Below, one piece after another: positions 38,340 to 53,300 of a DNA stretch of 64,000 bases. The notes beneath the pieces are model-generated. The model made no database searches, had not been told where the DNA came from, and worked only from the letters and a program-made list of their open reading frames with translations. How positions within the stretch are numbered: the first letter of the stretch is position 1; the number at the start of each line of letters is the position of its first letter. Source of the DNA: the human T2T-CHM13v2.0 reference genome, Homo sapiens. The position numbers and the translations under genes were made by a program. The stretch lies in the NCBI RefSeq assembly GCF_009914755.1, contig NC_060939.1; one strand, written 5' to 3'.

Positions 38340-41300
38340 TTCCATTCCATTTTATTCCATTCCATACAGTTGCATTCCATTGGATTCCATGCTATATCTA
38401 TAAATTCAATTCGAGACCATTGCTTTTGAGTCCATTCTATATGTTTCCATTCCATTCAAGTTCATTACATTTGGTTCAATTCCATTCCATTCCATTCCCC
38501 TCCATTCCATTCCAGTTGATATCAATCCATTCGATTCCATTCCATTCGAGCACATTCCATTCGAGTCCATTCCATTCGATGCCATTCCATTTGATTCTAT
38601 TCCATTAGTCTCCATTCAATTCCATTAATCTCCATTCCATTCCATTCTACTCCAACTGATTCCATTCCATTCTATTCCTTTCCATTCCATTTCATTCCAT
38701 TCCATTCCATTCGCTTCCATTCCATTCGTGTCCATTCCACTCCAGTCCATTCCATTTGTGTCCACTGCATTCCATTCCACTCCATTCCATATTATTCCAT
38801 TACACTCCATTCCATTCTATTACTTTCATTTCCATTCAATTCCATTCCATTTGATTCCATTCCACTCGGTTTCATTCCATTTGAGTCCACTCCATTCCAT
38901 TCCATTCCATTCCATTCCATTCAGTTCCATTCCATTCTGTTCCATTCCATTCCGTTCCATTGCATTCCATTCCATTCGGTACCATTCCATATTGTTCCAT
39001 TCGATTCCATTCGAATCCATTCCATTCCAGTCCATTCCATTCGATTCCATTCCATTCCTTTCAATTCCATTCCATTCCATTCCATTCCACTTGATTCCAC
39101 TCCATTCCCTTCCACTGCATTCCATTCGATTCCATTCCATTGCATTGCATTCCATTCCATTGGACTGCATTCCATTCGATTCCATTCCATTCGAATCAAT
39201 TACATAGCAATCCATTACATTCGAGTCTATTCTATTCCGTTCCATTCGATTTCGTTCCAATCCATTCGATTCCATTCCATTCGATTCCATTCCATACTAT
39301 TGCATTCCATTCGATTACATTATATTCGAATAAGTTCCATTCAAGACCATTTCTTTTGAGTCCATTCTATTTGAGTCCATTCCCTTTGATTCCATAACAT
39401 TTGAGTCCATTCAATTCCATTCCTTTCGTTTCCATTCCATTTGATGCCATTCCATTCAATTCTGTTCTACTCGACTCCAATACATTCAATTCCATTCCAT
39501 CCGATTCCATTACATTCTTTTCATTTCTTATCCATTTCAAGCCATTCCACTCCATTCCATTCCACTCGTTTCCTTTCCATTCGAGTCCATTCCTCTCCAG
39601 TCCATTCCGTTCAATCCATTCCATTCCAGTCCATTCCATTCGAGTCCGTTCCATTCCAGTCCATTCCATTCGAGTCAATTCCATCCCATTCGATGTCTTT
39701 CCATAACGATCCATTCCATTCTATTCCTTTCGATTCCATTCCATTCTATTTCATTCCATTCGATTCCCTTCCATTGGACTCCTTTCCATTCGAGTGCATT
39801 CCATTCCATTCCATTTCTTTCCGTTCTGTACGATTCCTACCGTTCGATTTCATTTTGTTCCAGTCCATTCCTTTCGCGTCCATTCCATTCCATTTCACTC
39901 CATTCGATTCCATTCCACTCGATTCCACTTCGTTCCATTTCATTGCATTCCATTCTATTCAACTCTATTGCCTTCCATTCCATTCCATTCGATTACATTC
40001 CATGCGATTCCATTCGAAATCGAATCAATTAAATTGCAATCCATTACTATTGAGTCCGTTTTATTCCAGTCCACTGCATTCTGGTCCATTCCATTTGATT
40101 CCATTCCATTCTATTCCATTCCATACAGTTGCATTCCATTGGATTCCATGCTATATCTATAAATTCAATTCGAGACCATTGCTTTTGAGTCCATTCTATA
40201 TGATTCCATTCCATTCAAGTCCATTACATTTGGTTCAATTCCATTCCATTCCATTCCCTTCCATTCCATTCCAGTTGATATCAATCCATTCGATTCCATT
40301 CCATTCGAGCACATTCCATTCGAGTCCATTCCATTCGATGCCATTCCATTTGATTCTATTCCATTAGTCTCCATTCAATTCCATTAATCTCCATTCCATT
40401 CCATTCTACTCCAACTGATTCCATTCCATTCTATTCTTTCCATTCCATTTCATTCCATTCCATTCCATTTCATTCCATTCCATTCCATTCGTGTCCATTC
40501 CACTCCAGTCCATTCCATTCGTGTCCATTCCATTCCAGTCCATTCCATTTGTGTCCACTGCATTCCATTCCACTCCATTCCATATTATTCCATTACACTC
40601 CATTCCATTCTATTACTTTCATTTCCATTCAATTCCATTCCATTTGATTCCATTCCACTCGGTTTCATTCCATTTGAGTCCACTCCATTCCATTCCATTC
40701 CATTCCATTCAGTTCCATTCCATTCTGTTCCATTCCATTCCGTTCCATTACATTCCATTCCATTCGGTACCATTCCATATTGTTCCATTCGATTCCATTC
40801 GAATCCATTCCATTCCAGTCCATTCCATTCTATTCCATTCCATTCATTTCAATTCCATTCCATTCCATTCCATTACATTCCACTTGATTCCTCTCCATTC
40901 CCTTCCACTGCATTCCGTTCGATTCCATTCCATTGCATTGCATTCCATTCCATTGGATTGCATTCCATTCGATTCCATTCCATTCGAATCAATTACATTG
41001 CAACCCATTACATTCGAGTCTATTCTCTTCCGTTCCATTCGATTTCGTTCCAATCCATTCGATTCCATTCCATTCGATTCCATTCCATACTATTGCATTC
41101 CATTCGATTACATTATATTCGAATAAGTTCCATTCAAGACCATTTCTTTTGAGTCCATTCTATTTGAGTCCATTCCCTTTGATTCCATAACATTTGAGTC
41201 CATTCAATTCCATTCCTTTCGTTTGCATTCCATTTGATGCCATTCCATTCAATTCTGTTCTACTCGACTCCAATACATTCAATTCCATTCCATCCGATTC

Positions 41301-44300
41301 CATTACATTCTTTTCATTTCTTATCCATTTCAAGCCATTCCACTCCATTCCATTCCACTCGTTTCCTTTCCATTCGAGTCCATTCCTCTCCAGTCCATTC
41401 CGTTCAATCCATTCCATTCCAGTCCATTCCATTCGAGTCCGTTCCATTCCAGTCCATTCCATTCGAGTCAAATCCATCCCATTCGATGTCTTTCCATAAC
41501 GATCCATTCCATTCTATTCCTTTCGATTCCATTCCATTCTATTTCATTCCATTCGATTCCCTTCCATTGGACTCCTTTCCATTCGAGTGCATTCCATTCC
41601 GTTCCATTTCTTTCCGTTCTGTACGATTCCTACCGTTCGATTTCATTTTGTTCCAGTCCATTCCTTTCGCGTCCATTCCATTCCATTTCACTCCATTCGA
41701 TTCCATTCCACTCGATTCCACTTCGTTCCATTTCATTGCATTCCATTCTATTCAACTCTATTGCCTTCCATTCCATTCCATTCGATTACATTCCATGCGA
41801 TTCCATTCGAAATCGAATCAATTACATTGCAATCCATTACTATTGAGTCCGTTTTATTCCAGTCCACTGCATTCTGGTCCATTCCATTTGATTCCATTCC
41901 ATTCTATTCCATTCCATACAGTTGCATTCCATTGGATTCCATGCTATATCTATAAATTCAATTCGAGACCATTGCTTTTGAGTCCATTCTATATGTTTCC
42001 ATTCCATTCAAGTCCATTACATTTGGTTCAATTCCATTCCATTCCATTCCCCTCCATTCCATTCCAGTTGATATCAATCCATTCGATTCCATTCCATTCG
42101 AGCACATTCCATTCGAGTCCATTCCATTCGATGAAATTCCATTTGATTCTATTCCATTAGTCTCCATTCAATTCCATTAATCTCCATTCCATTCCATTCT
42201 ACTCCAACTGATTCCATTCCATTCTATTCCTTTCCATTCCATTTCATTCCATTCCATTCCATTCGCTTCCATTCCATTCGTGTCCATTCCACTCCAGTCC
42301 ATTCCATTTGTGTCCACTGCATTCCATTCCACTCCATTCCATATTATTCCATTAAACTCCATTCCATTCTATTACTTTCATTTCCATTCAATTCCATTCC
42401 ATTTGATTCCATTCCACTCGGTTTCATTCCATTTGAGTCCACTCCATTCCATTCCATTCCATTCAGTTCCATTCCATTCTGTTCCATTCCATTCCGTTCC
42501 ATTGCATTCCATTCCATTCGGTACCATTCCATATTGTTCCATTCGATTCCATTCGAATCCATTCCATTCCAGTCCATTCCATTCGATTCCATTCCATTAC
42601 TTTCAATTCCATTCCATTCCATTCCATTCCACTTGATTCCACTCCATTCCCTTCCACTGCATTCCATTCGATTCCATTCCATTGCATTGCATTCCATTCC
42701 ATTGGACTGCATTCCATTCGATTCCATTCCATTCGAATCAATTACATAGCAATCCATTACATTCGAGTCTATTCTATTCCGTTCCATTCGATTTCGTTCC
42801 AATCCATTCGATTCCATTCCATTCGATTCCATTCCATACTATTGCATTCCATTCGATTACATTATATTCGAATAAGTTCCATTCAAGACCATTTCTTTTG
42901 AGTCCATTCTATTTGAGTCCATTCCCTTTGATTCCATAACATTTGAGTCCATTCAATTCCATTCCTTTCGTTTCCATTCCATTTGATGCCATTCCATTCA
43001 ATTCTGTTCTACTCGACTCCAATACATTCAATTCCATTCCATCCGATTCCATTACATTCTTTTCATTTCTTATCCATTTCAAGCCATTCCACTCCATTCC
43101 ATTCCACTCGTTTCCTTTCCATTCGAGTCCATTCCTCTCCAGTCCATTCCGTTCAATCCATTCCATTCCAGTCCATTCCATTCGAGTCAATTCCATCCCA
43201 TTCGATGTCTTTCCATAACGATCCATTCTATTCTATTCCTTTCGATTCCATTCCATTCTATTTCATTCCATTCGATTCCCTTCCATTGGACTCCTTTCCA
43301 TTCGAGTGCATTCCATTCCGTTCCATTTCTTTCCGTTCTGTACGATTCCTACCGTTCGATTTCATTTTGTTCCAGTCCATTCCTTTCGCGTCCATTCCAT
43401 TCCATTTCACTCCATTCGATTCCATTCCACTCGATTCCACTTCGTTCCATTTCATTGCATACCATTCTATTCAACTCTATTGCCTTCCATTCCATTCCAT
43501 TCGATTACATTCCATGCGATTCCATTCGAAATCGAATCAATTACATTGCAATCCATTACTATTGAGTCCGTTTTATTCCAGTCCACTACATTCTGGTCCA
43601 TTCCATTTGATTCCATTCCATTCTATTCCATTCCATACAGTTGCATTCCATTGGATTCCATGCTATATCTATAAATTCAATTCGAGACCATTGCTTTTGA
43701 GTCCATTCTATATGATTCCATTCCATTCAAGTCCATTACATTTGGTTCAATTCCATTCCATTCCATTCCCTTCCATTCCATTCCAGTTGATATCCATCCA
43801 TTCGATTCCATTCCATTCGAGCACATTCCATTCGAGTCCATTCCATTCGATGCCATTCCATTTGATTCTATTCCATTAGTCTCCATTCAATTCCATTAAT
43901 CTCCATTCCATTCCATTCTACTCCAACTGATTCCATTCCATTCTATTCCTTTCCATTCCATTTCATTCCATTCCATTCCATTTCATTCCATTCCATTCCA
44001 TTCGTGTCCATTCCACTCCAGTCCATTCCATTCGTGTCCATTCCATTCCAGTCCATTCCATTTGTGTCCCCTGCATTCCATTACACTCCATTCCATATTA
44101 TTCCATTACACTCCATTCAATTCTATTACTTTCATTTCCATTCAATTCCATTCCATTTGATTCCATTCCACTCGGTTTCATTCCATTTGAGTCCACTCCA
44201 TTCCATTCCATTCCATTCCATTCAGTTCCATTCCATTCTGTTCCATTCCATTCCGTTCCATTACATTCCATTCCATTCGGTACCATTCCATATTGTTCCA

Positions 44301-47300
44301 TTCGATTCCATTCGAATCCATTCCATTCCAGTCCATTCCATTCGATTCCATTCCATTCATTTCAATTCCATTCCATTCCATTCCATTACATTCCACTTGA
44401 TTCCTCTCCATTCCCTTCCACTGCATTCCGTTCGATTCCATTCCATTGCATTGCATTCCATTCCATTGGATTGCATTCCATTCGATTCCATTCCATTCGA
44501 ATCAATTACATAGCAATCCATTACATTCGAGTCTATTCTATTCCGTTCCATTCGATTTCGTTCCAATCCATTCGATTCCATTCCATTCGATTCCATTCCA
44601 TACTATTGCATTCCATTCGATTACATTATATTCGAATAAGTTCCATTCAAGACCATTTCTTTTGATTCCATTCTATTTGAGTCCATTCCCTTTGATTCCA
44701 TAACATTTGAGTCCATTCAATTCCATTCCTTTCGTTTCCATTCCATTTGATGCCATTCCATTCAATTCTGTTCTACTCGACTCCAATACATTCAATTCCA
44801 TTCCATCCGATTCCATTACATTCTTTTCATTTCTTATCCATTTCAAGCCATTCCACTCCATTCCATTCCACTCGTTTCCTTTCCATTCGAGTCCATTCCT
44901 CTCCAGTCCATTCCGTTCAATCCATTCCATTCCAGTCCATTCCATTCGAGTCCGTTCCATTCCAGTCCATTCCATTCGAGTCAATTCCATCCCATTCGAT
45001 GTCTTTCCATAACGATCCATTCCATTCTATTCCTTTCGATTCCATTCCATTCTATTTCATTCCATTCGATTCCCTTCCATTGGACTCCTTTCCATTCGAG
45101 TGCATTCCATTCCGTTCCATTTCTTTCCGTTCTGTATGATTCCTACCGTTCGATTTCATTTTGTTCCAGTCCATTCCTTTCGCGTCCATTCCATTCCATT
45201 TCACTCCATTCGATTCCATTCCACTCGATTCCACTTCGTTCCATTTCATTGCATTCCATTCTATTCAACTCTATTGCCTTCCATTCCATTCCATTCGATT
45301 ACATTCCATGCGATTCCATTCGAAATCGAATCAATTACATTGCAATCCATTACTATTGAGTCCGTTTTATTCCAGTCCACTGCATTCTGGTCCATTCCAT
45401 TTGATTCCATTCCATTCTATTCCATTCCATACAGTTGCATTCCATTGGATTCCATGCTATATCTATAAATTCAATTCGAGACCATTGCTTTTGAGTCCAT
45501 TCTATATGATTCCATTCCATTCAAGTCCATTACATTTGGTTCAATTCCATTCCATTCCATTCCCTTCCATTCCATTCCATTTGATATCAATCCATTCGAT
45601 TCCATTCCATTCGAGCACATTCCATTCGAGTCCATTCCATTCGATGCCATTCCATTTGATTCTATTCCATTAGTCTCCATTCAATTCCATTAATCTCCAT
45701 TCCATTCCATTCTACTCCAACTGATTCCATTCCATTCTATTCCTTTCCTTTCCATTTCATTCCATTCCATTCCATTTCATTCCATTCCATTCCATTTCAT
45801 TCCATTCCATTCCATTCGTGTCCATTCCACTCCAGTCCATTCCATTCGTGTCCATTCCATTCCAGTCCATTCCATTTGTGTCCACTGCATTCCATTCCAC
45901 TCCATTCCATATTATTCCATTACACTCCATTCCATTCTATTACTTTCATTTCCATTCAATTCCATTCCATTTGATTCCATTCCACTCGGTTTCATTCCAT
46001 TTGAGTCCACTCCATTCCATTCCATTCCATTCCATTCAGTTCCATTCCATTCTGTTCCATTCCATTCCGTTCCATTACATTCCATTCCATTCGGTACCAT
46101 TCCATATTGTTCCATTCGATTCCATTCGAATCCATTCCATTCCAGTCCATTCCATTCGATTCCATTCCATTCATTTCAATTCCATTCCATTCCATTCCAT
46201 TCCATTCCACTTGATTCCTCTCCATTCCCTTCCACTGCATTCCGTTCGATTCCATTCCATTGCATTGCATTCCATTCCATTGGATTGCATTCCATTCGAT
46301 TCCATTCCATTCGAATCAATTACATAGCAATCCATTACATTCGAGTCTATTCTATTCCGTTCCATTCGATTTCGTTCCAATCCATTCGATTCCATTCCAT
46401 TCGATTCCATTCCATACTATTGCATTCCATTCGATTACATTATATTCGAATAAGTTCCATTCAAGACCATTTCTTTTGAGTCCATTCTATTTGAGTCCAT
46501 TCCCTTTGATTCCATAACATTTGAGTCCATTCAATTCCATTCCTTTCGTTTGCATTCCATTTGATGCCATTCCATTCAATTCTGTTCTACTCGACTCCAA
46601 TACATTCAATTCCATTCCATCCGATTCCATTACATTCTTTTCATTTCTTATCCATTTCAAGCCATTCCACTCCATTCCATTCCACTCGTTTCCTTTCCAT
46701 TCGAGTCCATTCCTCTCCAGTCCATTCCGTTCAATCCATTCCATTCCAGTCCATTCCATTCGAGTCCGTTCCATTCCAGTCCATTCCATGCGAGTCAATT
46801 CCATCCCATTCGATGTCTTTCCATAACGATCCATTCCATTCTATTCCTTTCGATTCCATTCCATTCTATTTCATTCCATTCGATTCCCTTCCATTGGACT
46901 CCTTTCCATTCGAGTGCATTCCATTCCGTTCCATTTCTTTCCGTTCTGTACGATTCCTACCGTTCGATTTCATTTTGTTCCAGTCCATTCCTTTCGCGTC
47001 CATTCCATTCCATTTCACTCCATTCGATTCCATTCCACTCGATTCCACTTCGTTCCATTTCATTGCATTCCATTCTATTCAACTCTATTGCCTTCCATTC
47101 CATTCCATTCGATTACATTCCATGCGATTCCATTCGAAATCGAATCAATTACATTGCAATCCATTACTATTGAGTCCATTTTATTCCAGTCCACTGCATT
47201 CTGGTCCATTCCATTTGATTCCATTCCATTCTATTCCATTCCATACAGTTGCATTCCATTGGATTCCATTCTATATCTATAAATTCAATTGGAGACCATT

Positions 47301-50300
47301 GCTTTTGAGTCCATTCTATATGATTCCATTCCATTCAAGTCCATTACATTTGGTTCAATTCCATTCCATTCCATTCCCTTCCATTCCATTCCAGTTGATA
47401 TCAATCCATTCGATTCCATTCCATTCGAGCACATTCCATTCGAGTGCATTCCATTCGATGCCATTCCATTTGATTCTATTCCATTAGTCTCCATTCAATT
47501 CCATTAATCTCCATTCCATTCCATTCTACTCCAACTGATTCCATTCCATTCTATTCCTTTCCATTCCATTTCATTCCATTCCATTCCATTTCATTCCATT
47601 CCATTCCATTCGCTTCCATTCCATTCGTGTCCATTCCACTCCAGTCCATTCCATTCGTGTCCATTCCATTCCAGTCCATTCCATTTGTGTCCACTGCATT
47701 CCATTCCACTCCATTCCATATTATTCCTTTACACTCCGTTCCATTCTATTACTTTCATTTCCATTCAATTCCATTCCATTTGATTCCATTCCACTCGGTT
47801 TCATTCCATTTGAGTCCACTCCATTCCATTCCATTCCATTCCATTCAGTTCCATTCCATTCTGTTCCATTCCATTCCGTTCCATTGCATTCCATTCCATT
47901 CGGTACCATTCCATATTGTTCCATTCGATTCCATTCGAATCCATTCCATTCCAGTCCATTCCATTCGATTCCATTCCATTCCTTTCAATTCCATTCCATT
48001 CCATTCCATTCCACTTGATTCCACTCCATTCCCTTCCACTGCATTCCATTCGATTCCATTCCATTGCATTGCATTCCATTCCATTGGACTGCATTCCATT
48101 CGATTCCATTCCATTCGAATCAATTACATAGCAATCCATTACATTCGAGTCTATTCTATTCCGTTCCATTCGATTTCGTTCCTATCCATTCGATTCCATT
48201 CCATTCGATTCCATTCCATACTATTGCATTCCATTCGATTACATTATATTCGAATAAGTTCCATTCAAGACCATTTCTTTTGAGTCCATTCTATTTGAGT
48301 CCATTCCCTTTGATTCCATAACATTTGAGTCCATTCAATTCCATTCCTTTCGTTTGCATTCCATTTGATGCCATTCCATTCAATTCTGTTCTACTCGACT
48401 CCAATACATTCAATTCCATTCCATCCGATTCCATTACATTCTTTTCATTTCTTATCCATTTCAAGCCATTCCACTCCATTCCATTCCACTCGTTTCCTTT
48501 CCATTCGAGTCCATTCCTCTCCAGTCCATTCCGTTCAATCCATTCCATTCCAGTCCGTTCCATTCGAGTCCGTTCCATTCCAGTCCATTCCATTTGAGTC
48601 AATTCCATTCCATTCGATGTCTTTCCATAACGATCCATTCCATTCTATTCCTTTCGATTCCATTCCATTCTATTTCATTCCATTCGATTCCCTTCCATTG
48701 GACTCCTTTCCATTCGAGTGCATTCCATTCCGTTCCATTTCTTTCCGTTCTGTACGATTCCTACCGTTCGATTTCATTTTGTTCCAGTCCATTTCTTTCG
48801 CGTCCATTCCATTCCATTTCACTCCATTCGATTCCATTCCACTCGATTCCACTTCGTTCCATTTCATTGCATTCCATTCTATTCAACTCTATTGCCTTCC
48901 ATTCCATTCCATTCGATTACATTCCATGCGATTCCATTCGAAATCGAATCAATTACATTGCAATCCATTACTATTGAGTCCGTTTTATTCCAGTCCACTG
49001 CATTCTGGTCCATTCCATTTGATTCCATTCCATTTTATTCCATTCCATACAGTTGCATTCCATTGGATTCCATGCTATATCTATAAATTCAATTCGAGAC
49101 CATTGTTTTTGAGTCCATTCCATATGTTTCCATTCCATTCAAGTCCATTACATTTGGTTCAATTCCATTCCATTCCATTCCCTTCCATTCCATTCCAGTT
49201 GATATCAATCCATTCGATTCCATTCCATTCGAGCACATTCCATTCGAGTCCATTCCATTCGATGCCATTCCATTTGATTCTATTCCATTAGTCTCCATTC
49301 AATTCCATTAATCTCCATTCCATTCCATTCTACTCCAACTGATTCCATTCCATTCTATTCCTTTCCATTCCATTTCATTCCATTCCATTCCATTTCATTC
49401 CATTCCATTCCAATCGCTTCCATTCCATTCGTGTCCATTCCACTCCAGTCCATTCCATTCGTGTCCATTCCATTCCAGTCCATTCCATTTGTGTCCACTG
49501 CATTCCATTCCACTCCATTCCATATTATTCCATTACACTCCGTTCCATTCTATTACTTTCATTTCCATTCAATTCCATTCCATTTGATTCCATTCCACTC
49601 GGTTTCATTCCATTTGAGTCCACTCCATTCCATTCCATTCCATTCCATTCAGTTCCATTCCATTCTGTTCCATTCCATTCCGTTCCATTGCATTCCATTC
49701 CATTCGGTACCATTCCATATTGTTCCATTCGATTCCATTCGAATCCATTCCATTCCAGTCCATTCCATTCGATTCCATTCCATTCCTTTCAATTCCATTC
49801 CATTCCATTCCATTCCACTTGATTCCACTCCATTCCCTTCCACTGCATTCCATTCGATTCCATTCCATTGCATTGCATTCCATTCCATTGGACTGCATTC
49901 CATTCGATTCCATTCCATTCGAATCAATTACATAGCAATCCATTACATTCGAGTCTATTCTATTCCGTTCCATTCGATTTCGTTCCAATCCATTCGATTC
50001 CATTCCATTCGATTCCATTCCATACTATTGCATTCCATTCTATTACATTATATTCGAATAAGTTCCATTCAAGACCATTTCTTTTGAGTCCATTCTATTT
50101 GAGTCCATTCCCTTTGATTCCATAACATTTGAGTCCATTCAATTCCATTCCTTTCGTTTCCATTCCATTTGATGCCATTCCGTTCAATTCTGTTCTACTC
50201 GACTCCAATACATTCAATTCCATTCCATCCGATTCCATTACATTCTTTTCATTTCTTATCCATTTCAAGCCATTCCACTCCATTCCATTCCACTCGTTTC

Positions 50301-53300
50301 CTTTCCATTCGAGTCCATTCCTCTCCAGTCCATTCCGTTCAATCCATTCCATTCCAGTCCATTCCATTCGAGTCCGTTCCATTCCAGTCCATTCCATTCG
50401 AGTCAATTCCATTCCATTCGATGTCTTTCCATAACGATCCATTCCATTCTATTCCTTTCGATTCCATTCCATTCTATTTCATTCCATTCGATTCCCTTCC
50501 ATTGGACTCCTTTCCATTCGAGTGCATTCCATTCCATTCCATTTCTTTCCGTTCTGTACGATTCCTACCGTTCGATTTCATTTTGTTCCAGTCCATTCTT
50601 TCGCGTCCATTCCATTCCATTTCACTCCATTCGATTCCATTCCACTCGATTCCACTTCGTTCCATTTCATTGCATTCCATTCTATTCAACTCTATTGCCT
50701 TCCATTCCATTCCATTCGATTACATTCCATGCGATTCCATTCGAAATCGAATCAATTACATTGCAATCCATTACTATTGAGTCGGTTTTATTCCAGTCCA
50801 CTGCATTCTGGTCCATTCCATTTGATTCCATTCCATTCTATTCCATTCCATACAGTTGCATTCCATTGGATTCCATGCTATATCTATAAATTCAATTGGA
50901 GACCATTGCTTTTGAGTCCATTCTATATGATTCCATTCCATTCAAGTCCATTACATTTGGTTCAATTCCATTCCATTCCATTCCCTTCCATTCCATTCCA
51001 GTTGATATCAATCCATTCGATTCCATTCCATTCGAGCACATTCCATTCGAGTGCATTCCATTCGATGCCATTCCATTTGATTCTATTCCATTAGTCTCCA
51101 TTCAATTCCATTAATCTCCATTCCATTCCATTCTACTCCAACTGATTCCATTCCATTCTATTCCTTTCCATTCCATTTCATTCCATTCCATTCCATTTCA
51201 TTCCATTCCATTCCATTCGTGTCCATTCCACTCCAGTCCATTCCATTCGTGTCCATTCCATTCCAGTCCATTCCATTTGTGTCCACTGCATTCCATTCCA
51301 CTCCATTCCATATTATTCCATTACACTCCATTCCATTCTATTACTTTCATTTCCATTCAATTCCATTCCATTTGATTCCATTCCACTCGGTTTCATTCCA
51401 TTTGAGTCCACTCCATTCCATTCCATTCCATTCCATTCAGTTCCATTCCATTCTGTTCCATTCCATTCCGTTCCATTACATTCCATTCCATTCGGTACCA
51501 TTCCATATTGTTCCATTCGATTCCATTCGAATCCATTCCATTCCAGTCCATTCCATTCGATTCCATTCCATTCATTTCAATTCCATTCCATTCCATTCCA
51601 TTACATTCCACTTGATTCCTCTCCATTCCCTTCCACTGCATTCCGTTCGATTCCATTCCATTGCATTGCATTCCATTCCATTGGATTGCATTCCATTCGA
51701 TTCCATTCCATTCGAATCAATTACATTGCAACCCATTACATTCGAGTCTATTCTCTTCCGTTCCATTCGATTTCGTTCCAATCCATTCGATTCCATTCCA
51801 TTCGATTCCATTCCATACTATTGCATTCCATTCGATTACATTATATTCGAATAAGTTCCATTCAAGACCATTTCTTTTGAGTCCATTCTATTTGAGTCCA
51901 TTCCCTTTGATTCCATAACATTTGAGTCCATTCAATTCCATTCCTTTCGTTTGCATTCCATTTGATGCCATTCCATTCAATTCTGTTCTACTCGACTCCA
52001 ATACATTCAATTCCATTCCATCCGATTCCATTACATTCTTTTCATTTCTTATCCATTTCAAGCCATTCCACTCCATTCCATTCCACTCGTTTCCTTTCCA
52101 TTCGAGTCCATTCCTCTCCAGTCCATTCCGTTCAATCCATTCCATTCCAGTCCATTCCATTCGAGTCCGTTCCATTCCAGTCCATTCCATTCGAGTCAAA
52201 TCCATCCCATTCGATGTCTTTCCATAACGATCCATTCCATTCTATTCCTTTCGATTCCATTCCATTCTATTTCATTCCATTCGATTCCCTTCCATTGGAC
52301 TCCTTTCCATTCGAGTGCATTCCATTCCGTTCCATTTCTTTCCGTTCTGTACGATTCCTACCGTTCGATTTCATTTTGTTCCAGTCCATTCCTTTCGCGT
52401 CCATTCCATTCCATTTCACTCCATTCGATTCCATTCCACTCGATTCCACTTCGTTCCATTTCATTGCATTCCATTCTATTCAACTCTATTGCCTTCCATT
52501 CCATTCCATTCGATTACATTCCATGCGATTCCATTCGAAATCGAATCAATTACATTGCAATCCATTACTATTGAGTCCGTTTTATTCCAGTCCACTGCAT
52601 TCTGGTCCATTCCATTTGATTCCATCCCATTTTATTCCATTCCATACAGTTGCATTCCATTGGATTCCATGCTATATCTATAAATTCAATTCGAGACCAT
52701 TGCTTTTGAGTCCATTCTATATGTTTCCATTCCATTCAAGTCCATTACATTTGGTTCAATTCCATTCCATTCCATTCCCCTCCATTCCATTCCAGTTGAT
52801 ATCAATCCATTCGATTCCATTCCATTCGAGCACATTCCATTCGAGTCCATTCCATTCGATGCCATTCCATTTGATTCTATTCCATTAGTCTCCATTCAAT
52901 TCCATTAATCTCCATTCCATTCCATTCTACTCGAACTGATTCCATTCCATTCTATTCCTTTCCATTCCATTTCATTCCATTCCATTCCATTCGCTTCCAT
53001 TCCATTCGTGTCCATTCCACTCCAGTCCATTCCATTTGTGTCCACTGCATTCCATTCCACTCCATTCCATATTATTCCATTACACTCCATTCCATTCTAT
53101 TACTTTCATTTCCATTCAATTCCATTCCATTTGATTCCATTCCACTCGGTTTCATTCCATTTGAGTCCACTCCATTCCATTCCATTCCATTCCATTCCAT
53201 TCAGTTCCATTCCATTCTGTTCCATTCCATTCCGTTCCATTGCATTCCATTCCATTCGGTACCATTCCATATTGTTCCATTCGATTCCATTCGAATCCAT

